Part shown: piece by piece, positions 42,557-52,544 of the stretch
Numbering within the stretch: the first letter of the stretch is position 1
How the letters are laid out: each line of letters opens with the position of its first letter
DNA from: Nitrospirota bacterium
GTDB lineage: Bacteria; Nitrospirota; UBA9217
Direction: 5' to 3'
Length of the DNA: 64,000 nt
Assembly (NCBI GenBank): GCA_963796285.1
Contig: CAWCKW010000012.1
Span: 1,344,001 to 1,408,000 of the forward strand
Notes under the pieces: generated by a model
The model's input: the letters and a program-made list of their open reading frames with translations, nothing else
What the model was told of the DNA's origin: nothing
Databases searched by the model: none
Translations under genes and position numbers: made by a program

Positions 42557-44499
42557 CTATTGCCTTCCGCTTGCGCTGATGTCCTGGGCATAGATGTCAT
42601 AATTAGTCCCACTCCGGGGATCCTCCCAGATAATGATGGCCCCGCCTGAACCGTCGGAAATGAGTTGAGGATTGGATTGATAATTTGCCGCTGTAGATAT
42701 GCCGACTCCGTCGACTGTCCACTGTACTGCCCCGAACCTGTTCACGTGCTGGGCATAGATGTCATCAGTCCCGCTCCGTCCGTCCTCCCACGTAATGATG
42801 GCCCCGCCTGAATTGTCGGAAATGAGTTGAGGATAGATTTGCTCGCCTGCTGCCGTGGATATGGCAATGCCGTCGGTTGTCCACTGCACTGTTCCGGCGC
42901 TGTTGACCCGCTGGGCATAGATGTCCCAAGTCCCACTCCGATGATCCATCCAGGTGATGATCGCTCCGCCTGAACCGTCAACGGCGAGATGCGGAATGAT
43001 TTGCTCACCTGCTAGTGCGGATATGGCGACGCCGTCTGCTGTCCACTGCGCTGCCCCGGCGCTGTTTACCCGCTGAACATAGATGTCCGCATCACTACCG
43101 TTCCGGTAATCATGCCACGCGATGATCGCCCCGCCTGAATTGTCGGAGATGAGTTGAGCAACGTATTGGTCATTTATTGCTGTGGATATGGCGACGCCGT
43201 CCGCTGTCCACTGCACTGCCCCGGCGCTGTTTACCCTCTGGGCATAGACATCCGCATTAGTAATGTTCCGGTAATCCTGCCAGGTGATGATAGCCCCGCC
43301 TGAATTGTCGGAGATGAGTTGAGGATTTTCTTGGTCACCAGCTGCTGTGGATATGGCGACGCCGTCTGCTGTCCACTGCACTACTCCAGAGCCGTTTACT
43401 CGCTGGGCATAGATATCCCAAGTCCCGTTACGATGATCCCACCAGGTGATGATAGTCCCTCCAGAACCGTCGGGAATGAGTTGAGGATTGTTTTGGTCAT
43501 CAGGTGCCGTGGATATGGCGACGCCGTCTGCTGTCCACTGCACTGCCCCGGCGCCGTTCACTCTCTGGGCATAGATGTCAAAAGTACCGCTCCGTGTATC
43601 CTGCCAGGTGATGACAGCCCCGCCTGAACCGTCAGAAATGAGTTGAGGAAAGCTTTGCTCGCCTGCTGTTGTGGATATGGCAACGCCGTCTGCTGTCCAC
43701 TGCACTACTCCGGCGCCGTTCACTCTCTGGGCATAGATGTCAAAATTCCCATCCCGGAAATCCATCCAGGTGATGATAGCACCGCCTGAACCGTCGGAGA
43801 CGGGTTGAGGATAGCGTTGATCACCTGCTGCTGCAGATACGGCAACGTTTTCAGGATCTTCCTTTGTCCAGAGCACGACGATATAACCGGGGCTGCTGTT
43901 CACGCCGGCTTCCGTAATTAATACCGAACCATTGGCCGCTCCTGCGGGCACGGTTGTGGTGATCACCGTGTCGCTCCATGAAATGATCGATAACGCCGGC
44001 GTGCCGCCGATGCTGACACTGCTTGTTCCCTGAGTGCTGCCAAAGCCCGCACCGGTGATCCGAATCTGATCGCCTGCCTTCACCTCCGCGGGATTCACGC
44101 TCGTCACGATCGGACCTGCCGGGCTCACGGAGACCAGGATGCTCGCATATCCCTTGGCCTTGAGGCCGGCCGCGTTCGTCACCTCCACGTTCACCAGATA
44201 GCTCCCTACGCTCGCGGGTGCGGTCCAGGTAATGGAACTGGTGCTGGTCGAACTCAACGCGCCCGCATCAGCCTGCCATGAATAGGTCAGCGCGCTGTTC
44301 AAGCCATCGCCCGCGGAAACGCTCAGAATCGTGCTTGCCCCCGGTCTGACCACCGATGGATTGGCAATGATGCTGTATATCTCTACTCCGCCGGACCTTG
44401 CGCGCCGTCGGACCCGTTTGTGCTACAGCCCAGGAGTGTTAAAGAAAAAACCAGGACACATATCGCAACCAAGAAGAGTGTGTGCCTTAATGTACTCAT
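42557..44499 (-). CDS. Secreted/lipoprotein with Ig-like and IPT/TIG domains and an 8-repeat beta-propeller (N-terminal frameshifts)
   Basis: ATG 44499 after GGGAGG; signal ...LLGC in shifted frame; ITGAGFG...SWSDTVI; eight ~54 aa repeats. Confidence 0.8.
42560..43846 (-). repeat. Eight tandem coding repeats of ~162 nt
   Basis: Consensus VAISTAAGDQxxPQLISDGSGGAIITWxDxRSGxxDIYAQRVNSAGAVQWTADG. Confidence 0.9.
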
Positions 44500-44747
44500 G
44501 TGAACCTCCCTATGGCATGAGCAGGGCTTTACTTGTCTATAAACTCATAGCTCTGCTTCAAATGTGTTTTGTTCTACTAATGTTTAACTATATCATACCT
44601 GAGATGCAATGAGTGTTCATGTTTTGTTCAAACCTCGTAGGGTCAATGGGCCAGAGCTTGACAAAATATTCCTTGAGCAGATGCTCAGGGATGGACGCAG
44701 GCGGGACAGGAAGCTAACAAGTCACTAAAAAGATCCATCCATGGTTG

Positions 44748-44776
44748 TTGACACCGCCCTGAAACAGGCATATATT
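44748..44776 (+). promoter_or_regulatory. Sigma70 promoter upstream of the FkbM gene
   Basis: TTGACA-N17-TATATT. Confidence 0.5.
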
Positions 44777-44988
44777 CTTCCCAGATAATTTCGTTTTAAA
44801 AGCAATTCCTACAGGCTTGACAAGAAACGACAGCCTTTCTACATCTCAATTAACGATCTTTAATGCCGAGAGATTGAATAATAACTTGTCGTCCCACGCC
44901 GACCGCTTCGCGGCGTGTGAACTCGTCGTTGCGCAGGGCGGGGTGGTCACAGAACATATGAAACTTATTTTCATCTTCCCTAGATTTT

Positions 44989-46023
44989 TTGCTTTTTCGG
45001 TCCGCTGTCCCTGACCTTTTTGGTCAGGGCCGCAATTTCCATTTTAGGAGGCCAGGTATTGTGACGACGCAAATAGACGGTGCACTGCATCAAATGGGAG
45101 ATTATGCGATCTATTTTCCGCCTTCGGAAGAGTTTTCAAAGTCGCTGCATATCTTCTCTGCGAATACTAAGCGTTGGGAAATACCGCCTGTTGTGACCCG
45201 AGACGGGTTCCTATCCAGCAGAAGCGCGCTCCAAGTAGATCCCGTCGAGTATTATGACTCACGGTTTTTTACGAAGACAATAATTGATTTTTTTTCGAGG
45301 AGGCACTTTGCTTCATGCGTTCAGCTGGATGTGGGAAGCTATTTGGGGACATTCTCGATCGAGCAGGCCCTTCTGGCGAAGTACAAGAATATGGACGTTA
45401 AAATATTTGCATTCGAGCCAGGTCCGCTACTGGCCTACTTGAAGGAAAATATTGAAGTGAATGGATTGAGTGCGGCGATTTCGGTGGTAAACGCCGCTGT
45501 CTCAGACAAAGTGGGCGAAACGATCTATGAGTACATGCCTGGCTGGGTGATTGGGGGAATGCTCAACGGTTATTCGGCTGAAAATAAGGGAAGGGTTTCG
45601 ATTCCCTGCAAGACGACAACAATTGATCACTTTCTGAAACAGACTTTCGGGGCGTTTCCTCGGGATAAGTCGTTCATAATAAAACTGGATTGTCAGGGGT
45701 TGGAGCCTAAGGTGTACCAAGGATGTCGAAAATTACTAGGTTCCGGAGTTCCCGTGGTCTTTCTCTCTGAATTCTTGTGCTGGTCGTACAAAAAGTTTGG
45801 GGATTTCTATGCCAAGTTCCTCGCTAACCATCATGTAATTGATATCAGGAACGTCTGCTATCGTCCGACCCAGAGCATGGTCTACGTGGAGAGCGCAGAC
45901 CTGGATGGTTATGTTCACGATCTTTCCGGCACCACGAACCCGTGGACAGATTTTATCTTGATCCCGAAGAAAATGAAATTCTCGGAGGAATTGGTTGCGG
46001 ATCTTTTGGGATCGCGTTGGTGA
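44989..46023 (+). CDS. FkbM family SAM methyltransferase (true start probably upstream via a poly-T shift)
   Basis: LDVGSYLGTFS, FAFEP, NAAVSD, TTIDHF, IKLDCQGLE. Confidence 0.8.
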   Translation: MLFRSAVPDLFGQGRNFHFRRPGIVTTQIDGALHQMGDYAIYFPPSEEFSKSLHIFSANTKRWEIPPVVTRDGFLSSRSALQVDPVEYYDSRFFTKTIIDFFSRRHFASCVQLDVGSYLGTFSIEQALLAKYKNMDVKIFAFEPGPLLAYLKENIEVNGLSAAISVVNAAVSDKVGETIYEYMPGWVIGGMLNGYSAENKGRVSIPCKTTTIDHFLKQTFGAFPRDKSFIIKLDCQGLEPKVYQGCRKLLGSGVPVVFLSEFLCWSYKKFGDFYAKFLANHHVIDIRNVCYRPTQSMVYVESADLDGYVHDLSGTTNPWTDFILIPKKMKFSEELVADLLGSRW

Positions 46024-46126
46024 TGTCACTGGGATCCATATCCCTGACCAAGAATGCTTTCTTGACGGGGCACGCCGACATTAGCATATGACGATCTAAA
46101 ACATCACAGCATCAGCGAGGTCACCT

Positions 46127-47251
46127 ATGTCCAATGTCTATTTTTCCACCGCACGCACCCTCAGATGGGATTATAGCCACAGTGTCCCGGGAAAGCTCGA
46201 AACGCTTCTCGAAAAGATGAATTTCTCCGAACGGTTCAAAGAGAAAGAATGGGTCGCGATCAAGACCCATTGGGGCTCCCAAGGCGCGTTCCGCATCGTC
46301 CCGCCGGTCATGATCCGCAAGGTAGTTAACGCCATTCAGGAAACCGGGGCAAAGCCATTTGTTACAGATACGGTCAGGATCATGGGTCTGGATTACCTCG
46401 AAGTAGCGAACCAGAACGGTCTGAACCATCTCTCCTGCGGCGCGCCGGTGGTCCTTGCTGACGGACTGTACGGCAAGGACAGCATCCTGGTCAAGGCGGG
46501 CCCGATCCTCGGGGAGATCGCTGTCGCCTCGGCAATTCATGACACATCTGCCATGGTCGTCTGCTCGCACGTCAAGGGCCACATCAACGCGGGCTATGCC
46601 GGGGCGCTCAAGAACCTGGCCATGGGCTGCGTCAGTTCGCAACACCGTGAGCACGGATGGAAAAAGGGCCGCGGCGGCATGCACTGCCATGGAGAGATGG
46701 GGCTCCAGTGGAATGCCGAGAACTGCACCTTCTGCGAACAGTGCAAGAATATCTGCCCGCTCCACGCGATAGATTTCAAGGAAGGCGCGTTTGTTGTTGA
46801 CGAGAACAACTGCTGGCACTGCGGCAGGTGCAGCCGGGTCTGCCAGGAAGGCGCGCTCACCCTTCCCCAGGACGACGTGACGTTCCAGCAGAGCCTTGCC
46901 GAGTCTGCTGCAGCCGTGCTCTCCACATTTAAGACGGGCAAGGTAGTGTATGTCAACTTCCTGTTCCAGATCCAGCCTGAGTGCGACTGCATGCCTGTTG
47001 CAGACGTGCCGGTGATCCAGGACCAGGGCATCATGATATCCGACGATATTGTTGCCATCGAACAGGCGTCGCTCGATATGCTGAAAGTTGCTCCTCCCCT
47101 TCCCCAATCAGCAAATGAAGAAGCCGGCATCAAGCCCGGCGATGACGTGATGTTCAAACTCAATCCCCGGCCCATGCAGATCCAGATCGATGAGGCGGAG
47201 AGGCTGGGACTGGGGACGAAGAAGTATGAGTTGGTGAAGATGGAACCATGA
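46127..47251 (+). CDS. DUF362 Fe-S protein with two 4Fe-4S ferredoxin motifs
   Basis: VAIKTHWG, SHVKGH, GALKNLAMGC, CTFCEQC...CP, CWHCGRC...C, PECDC. Confidence 0.88.
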   Translation: MSNVYFSTARTLRWDYSHSVPGKLETLLEKMNFSERFKEKEWVAIKTHWGSQGAFRIVPPVMIRKVVNAIQETGAKPFVTDTVRIMGLDYLEVANQNGLNHLSCGAPVVLADGLYGKDSILVKAGPILGEIAVASAIHDTSAMVVCSHVKGHINAGYAGALKNLAMGCVSSQHREHGWKKGRGGMHCHGEMGLQWNAENCTFCEQCKNICPLHAIDFKEGAFVVDENNCWHCGRCSRVCQEGALTLPQDDVTFQQSLAESAAAVLSTFKTGKVVYVNFLFQIQPECDCMPVADVPVIQDQGIMISDDIVAIEQASLDMLKVAPPLPQSANEEAGIKPGDDVMFKLNPRPMQIQIDEAERLGLGTKKYELVKMEP

Positions 47252-47258
47252 TATAATG

Positions 47259-47326
47259 GAGGTCAGGAAATGGAAGCCGAAGAATATTTATTTGCCTCTC
47301 CTGACTCCTGAATACTAACTCCTGAT
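47259..47326. repeat. Heptamer-arm hairpin (AGTCAGG family)
   Basis: GGAGGTCAGGA ... CTCCTGACTCCTGAATACTAACTCCTG. Confidence 0.6.
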
Positions 47327-47345
47327 CCCGAAAGAAGGTTATGCC

Positions 47346-48808
47346 ATGCCCAAACGCACCAAGATCATCGCCACCATCGGCCCGGCCTCCAGCTCACCTA
47401 CGATCATCGCTAGGCTCATCCGCGCGGGCATGGACGCAGCGAGGTTGAACTTCTCCCACGGCGATTGGAACGATCACACGAAGCGCATCAGGCTCATCCG
47501 ACAGGAGGCTGAAAAGGCGGGAAAACAGATCGCGATCATCCAGGACCTGCAGGGCCCGAAGCTGCGCGTCGGCGTGATGCAGAATGACGCGGTGACCCTC
47601 CGCCGCGGAGACGCCGTGACCGTCACGACGAAGAAGATCATCGGAACGAACTATCTCATCTCCGTGACCTATCCCCATCTCAAAAAAGACCTGAAGGTCG
47701 GCGCAACAATGCTCCTGGACGACGGCAGGCTTGAACTGAAAGTCATAAAAAAAAGCCCCGCCGGCCTCGTATGCAAGGTGGTACTGCGGCGGCGTTCTCA
47801 AAAGCCACAAGGGCGTGAACCTGCCCGGCACGCACATTTCGCTTTCATCGCTCTCAACGAAGGACAAGGCGGACCTCCGTTTCGGCATCGCGCGGGGCGT
47901 GGACTATATCGCCCTCTCGTTCGTGCGCACTGCTAAAGACATCAGCACCACGCGTGTATTCCTGAAAGCGCACGGCGCTGACATCCCGATCATCGCAAAG
48001 ATCGAAAAACCCGAGGCCATCCAGAATCTCGACTGAGATCATCGAGGCGGCCGACGGGATCATGGTGGCGCGCGGCGACCTGGGCGTCGAGATGTCGCCC
48101 GAGCAGGTGCCGCTGCTCCAGAAAAAGATCATCGAAGCCTGCCACTGGGCGGAAAAACCAGTGATCACGGCAACACAGATGCTCGAAAGCATGATCGAGA
48201 ACCCCCAGCCCACGCGTGCAGAGGCTTCGGATGTGGCAAACGCCATCCTGGACGGCACGGACTGCGTCATGCTCTCGGGCGAGACCGCAATGGGCAAGTA
48301 CCCGGTCCAGGCAGTTGAGGTCATGGCGAGGTTCGCCGTGCAGACCGAATCATCCCTGAACCCCTGGCCGCCCGATGTCCATATCTCCGGCCCTGACGAG
48401 AGCGTAGCCCATGCCGCCTGCCGCGCAGCAGGGGAACAGCAGGCGCAGGCGATCGTGACGTTCACCCAGTCCGGATCCACCGCGCTCCTGGTCTCGAAGC
48501 ACCGCCCCAGGATGAGCATAATTGCGCCGACACCGTTCGACCTGGTGGCCAGAAAGATGTCTCTCTACTGGGGCGTGACCCCCATCCTCCTCAAGACCAA
48601 ACGCACCACCGACGATATGATCGCGAGCGTGGAGCGCGCCATGATCTTTCGAAAGCTCGCAAAACAGCACGACCTCATCGTGATCACCGCGGGCGTACCG
48701 ATCGGCGTAGCGGGAAGCACGAACATGATGAAGATACATCGCGTGGGAGAGATCAAAGGACTTGAGCCGCGGAAAAAGGGCACTAAACTCGACAAACCGG
48801 ACCAATAA
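47346..48808 (+). CDS. pyk: Pyruvate kinase (frameshifts near 47785 and 48030)
   Basis: [52 protein letters not shown]. Confidence 0.95.
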
Positions 48809-48825
48809 TCCGGGAAACGGTCCAT

Positions 48826-48942
48826 TGACACGGATATTATCGGATTTTTTTAGATTACAGTTCACCCATTGGTTGAAGTCCTTCCCTTTGATTCTCATCC
48901 GCTTGTATCATGCGCTAATCCGCTCTTTCAGTGTCCAAATGC
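48826..48942 (-). repeat. TTTGGACACTGAA element copy 4, with both arms
   Basis: Minus strand ATTTGGACACTGAAAGAGCGGATTAG...GCGGATGAGAATC ... ATCCGATAATATCCGTGTCAA. Confidence 0.8.
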
Positions 48943-49166
48943 TTTTTCCATAAAAATGGGGGCCAGGAATGAGTGATTGCCCCGGCATTCTTCGTTCAGG
49001 GCCGCGTTATGGCTTGTCCCCGCGCTATCGCAAGAGCAGCGGGCAACAGAAGGCTACGCCATCTCGGTATCTGTATTCCCCTGTTGGTGACCGCGTGCAC
49101 TGCATCCGAGATACGTCCTCCTTTTTTTCTGCATATTCCCGAACCGAGGTGTTATAATTAACCGGT

Positions 49167-51299
49167 ATGGAAAAGATTTCAACAACCTGTCCCTGGTGCG
49201 GCTGCGGCTGCGGCCTGTACCTTCATGTTGAAAACAATCTCATTACCGGTGTGTCCCCCAGCCGCAACCATCCAGTAAACCACGGAACACTGTGCGTCAA
49301 GGGCTGGAACTGCCACGAGTTCGTCCAGCACCCCGACCGCCTCACCACGCCGCTCATCAAGGAAGGCAAAACAACCTGGCGCCGCGCGACCTGGGACGAA
49401 GCCCTCGGAAAGACCGCATCGCGGCTCACGGAGATCAAACAGAAATACGGCCCCGACGCCATCGGCGTACTGGGCTCCGCCAAATGCACGAACGAGGAAA
49501 ACTTCGTGCTCATGAAGTTCGCCCGCGCCGCCGTCGGCACGAACAACGTGGACCACTGCGCGCGGCTCTGCCACTCCTCCACCGTCGGAGGCCTGGCCGC
49601 CGCCTTCGGCTCCGGCGCCATGACCAACTCCATCGACGAGATCAGGGACGCCCGGGTCATCATGGTGGTCGGTTCGAACACCACGGAGCAGCACCCCATG
49701 ATCGGGATGCACATGCTGGAGGCAAAGGACCGCGGCGCGACCATCATCGTGGCCGATCCCCGCCGCACTCAGATCGCCAAGTTCAGCCACCTCCACCTGA
49801 GGCACAAGAGCGGCACCGACGTGGCGCTCCTCAACGCCATGATGAACGTCATCATCACCGAGGGCCTGGTGGATGTTTCTTTTATCCGGCAGCGCACCGA
49901 GAATTTCGATGACTTCGAAAAGCGCGTTCTGACCTACACCCCGGAGGTTGCCGAACGCATCACCTCGGTCCCGGCCGACGATATCCGCAAGGCTGCCAGG
50001 ATTTACGCGTCGGAAAAACGCTCCATGCTCTTCTATTCCATGGGCATCACCCAGCACATCACGGGCGTGGACAACGTGCGCTCCTGCGCCAACCTCGTCA
50101 TGCTCACCGCCCATATCGGGCAGCCCATGACCGGTCTGAACCCGCTCCGCGGCCAGAACAACGTGCAGGGGGCCTGCGATGTGGGCGCGCTGCCGGACGT
50201 GTTCTCGGGCTACCAGAAGGTCGCCGACCCTGTTGCGAGAAAGAAGTTCGAGCTTGCCTGGTCGCGGCCCCTGCCCGACACGCGCGGACTGACGCTGACC
50301 GAGATGGTGGACGCCATCCACGAAGGGAAGATCAAGGCCTTGTACATCATGGGAGAGAACCCCGTGATCTCCGACCCTGACTCGACCCACGTGCGGGAGG
50401 CCTTTGCCAAGCTTGAATTCCTCGCGATCCAGGACATCTTTCTTTCCGACACCGCCGAGTACGCCCACGTGGTCCTGCCCGCGGCGACGTTCGCGGAAAA
50501 GGACGGGACCTATACCAATACCGAGCGCCGGGTCCAGAAGATCAGGAAGGCCGTGCAGCCCGCGGGCGAGTCACGGCCCGACTACGAGATCATCTGCAGT
50601 CTTTCCCGGCTCATGGGCTATCCCATGGATTACCGGGCGTCTCACGAGATCATGGAAGAGATCGCCATCCTGACGCCGTCCTACGGCGGCATCCTCCACC
50701 ACCGGCTCGACGCGAATTTCGGTCTCCAGTGGCCCTGCCTGGGCATGGACCATCCTGGAACGCCCTATTTGCACCGGAAGAAGTTCACCCGCGGTATGGG
50801 GGCATTCATCCCCGTGGAATTCATTCCGCCGTCGGAACCCACGGACAGCTCCTATCCGTTCATTTTAACGACAGGCCGAAGCTACTTTCATTACCACACC
50901 GGCACGATGTGCAGAAGGACCATTACGCTCGAACGCGAGGAGCCCGAGTGCATGGTCGAGATCAACCCCGCTGATGCGGCACGCCTCGAGGTCCGGCAGA
51001 ACGATCCGGTGCGCGTGAGCTCCCGGCGCGGCAGCATCGAAGTAAAGGCCCGGGTGACCGAAACAGTGCCTGAAGGCATCGTCTTCATCCCCTTCCACTT
51101 CCGCGAAGCGGCCGCGAACCTGCTCACGATCAACGCGGTCGACCCGAATGCGAAGATCCCCGAGTTCAAGGTCTGCGCAGTGGCCCTGGAACCCGTGCGG
51201 CGCAGACCCGGCGCGCGCCACGCCCCGCGGATCGGCTACTACGAGGGAATGAGGCTCGGCCTCGACCTGTACATTCCGCCGGAGGAGATGGAGCGGTAA
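49167..51299 (+). CDS. fdhF: Formate dehydrogenase alpha subunit (Mo/W-bisPGD, Cys type)
   Basis: CPWCGCGC...LCVKG, DHCARLCHSST, LRGQNNVQG, TNTERRVQ, PEFKVCAV; no Tat signal. Confidence 0.92.
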   Translation: MEKISTTCPWCGCGCGLYLHVENNLITGVSPSRNHPVNHGTLCVKGWNCHEFVQHPDRLTTPLIKEGKTTWRRATWDEALGKTASRLTEIKQKYGPDAIGVLGSAKCTNEENFVLMKFARAAVGTNNVDHCARLCHSSTVGGLAAAFGSGAMTNSIDEIRDARVIMVVGSNTTEQHPMIGMHMLEAKDRGATIIVADPRRTQIAKFSHLHLRHKSGTDVALLNAMMNVIITEGLVDVSFIRQRTENFDDFEKRVLTYTPEVAERITSVPADDIRKAARIYASEKRSMLFYSMGITQHITGVDNVRSCANLVMLTAHIGQPMTGLNPLRGQNNVQGACDVGALPDVFSGYQKVADPVARKKFELAWSRPLPDTRGLTLTEMVDAIHEGKIKALYIMGENPVISDPDSTHVREAFAKLEFLAIQDIFLSDTAEYAHVVLPAATFAEKDGTYTNTERRVQKIRKAVQPAGESRPDYEIICSLSRLMGYPMDYRASHEIMEEIAILTPSYGGILHHRLDANFGLQWPCLGMDHPGTPYLHRKKFTRGMGAFIPVEFIPPSEPTDSSYPFILTTGRSYFHYHTGTMCRRTITLEREEPECMVEINPADAARLEVRQNDPVRVSSRRGSIEVKARVTETVPEGIVFIPFHFREAAANLLTINAVDPNAKIPEFKVCAVALEPVRRRPGARHAPRIGYYEGMRLGLDLYIPPEEMER

Positions 51300-51315
51300 A
51301 GCAGCATTGCTTTTG

Positions 51316-51433
51316 TCCGCAGATTGCGTACCCTGCTGTTGCCATGGCGCGGGCACAGGCAGATGAACGCAGATTTTTAAAAACCTGATTCAGGCTTGTT
51401 TTTAATCTAGTGAAATCTGCGCAATCTGCGGAT
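51316..51433. repeat. CGCAGAT 9-mer hairpin with nested ~30 nt insert
   Basis: TCCGCAGATTGCG[insert]CAGATGAACGCAGATT ... AATCTGCGCAATCTGCGGA. Confidence 0.75.
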
Positions 51434-51463
51434 AATATACTGACCTTAGAATTACTAAATTCT

Positions 51464-52495
51464 ATGTTCATTTTAAACAAAAACCATTTGTCCTTCTGGC
51501 TCCGGCAGCTCAAGGCGGCGCACGAATTGATCGCGCCCATGAGGGACGTGTCCGGCGACATCGTGCTTACCGAGCTCCCGCGCATGCACGAAACAGCGCT
51601 CGACGGCCCCGCGCTCATGCCTTCACCCAAGGAGTTCCTGCTTCCCCAGATGGAACGGCTCTTCCGCTATTCCCCCGAGGGCATCGAGGATACCGTTGAT
51701 ACCCGTCCGCGCATCCTCTTCGGCATCAGGCCCTGCGACGTGTCGGCCATCAAGGTCCTCGACCTGTTCTATCTCGGAAATACAAAAGACGCCTACTACG
51801 AGGCCCGCCGCAGCAGGACCGTCCTGATCTCCCTTGCGTGCAATCAGCCCGATCCCACCTGTTTCTGTCTCGGACTCGGTACCGGCCCCTTCCTGAAATC
51901 CGGCTTCGACCTGCAGCTTACCGACCTCGGCGACCGTTTTCTGGTCGAGGCGGGTTCGGAGACCGGCACCTCGCTGGTCGGGAGCGTGCAGCATATCTTC
52001 ACGCAGCCCGCGCAGACGGACCTGGATGATCTCTACGAAGCCCGTCTCGCGTCCCAAAGCCGCTTCGAGAAGCGGGTCAACCTTGAACGGGTGCGCAAAA
52101 CCATACAGGCCGGCGGGGTGTCCGATCCCTTCTGGGAATCCGTGGCCCTGAGATGCTTCGAATGCGGCGGCTGCGTGTACAACTGCCCGGTCTGCACCTG
52201 CTTTAACGTCATTGACCGGCCTGCGTCCCCCGACACCGGGAAACGGATGCGGCTCTGGGATACCTGCATGTTCAAGGGATTTACGCGCACGGCCGGCGGC
52301 GTGGTGCCGGCTGAGGAAAAGAGACACCGGACCAAGCGCTGGTTCCATCACAAGCTCGTGCACTGGCCTCAGCAGTTCGGGACCTTCGGATGCGTCGGCT
52401 GCGGCCGCTGCGCTGTTTCCTGCCCCGGGAAGATCGACATGGCCACCGTAGCGCTTCAGATCAAGGGGTCGGACCGAACGGAAGCAAAAGGATAA
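51464..52495 (+). CDS. 4Fe-4S dicluster protein, AsrA / sulfhydrogenase-beta family
   Basis: SPKEFLLP, GIRPCD, CFC, CFECGGCVYNCPVCTCF, WDTC, CVGCGRCAVSCP. Confidence 0.88.
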   Translation: MFILNKNHLSFWLRQLKAAHELIAPMRDVSGDIVLTELPRMHETALDGPALMPSPKEFLLPQMERLFRYSPEGIEDTVDTRPRILFGIRPCDVSAIKVLDLFYLGNTKDAYYEARRSRTVLISLACNQPDPTCFCLGLGTGPFLKSGFDLQLTDLGDRFLVEAGSETGTSLVGSVQHIFTQPAQTDLDDLYEARLASQSRFEKRVNLERVRKTIQAGGVSDPFWESVALRCFECGGCVYNCPVCTCFNVIDRPASPDTGKRMRLWDTCMFKGFTRTAGGVVPAEEKRHRTKRWFHHKLVHWPQQFGTFGCVGCGRCAVSCPGKIDMATVALQIKGSDRTEAKG

Positions 52496-52544
52496 AAGCT
52501 CGTTGCCACAGAGGGCACACAGGTATAACTGAATAAAGAAGACC

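Noticed and set aside
42560-43846. Tandem DNA repeats as a CRISPR array or DGR template/variable repeat
   Set aside because: The units are ~162 nt in-frame coding repeats with no spacers, and there is no reverse transcriptase or cas gene in the window.
4280-48808. Frameshifts in about 15 genes read as pseudogenes or programmed frameshifting
   Set aside because: They hit core genes (ssb, hom, lysC, pyk) whose motifs are otherwise intact, show no common slippery motif and little other decay. Sequencing indels are the simplest explanation; read polishing would confirm.
49555-49580. Selenocysteine in FdhA
   Set aside because: The active-site codon is TGC (ARLCH), not TGA.
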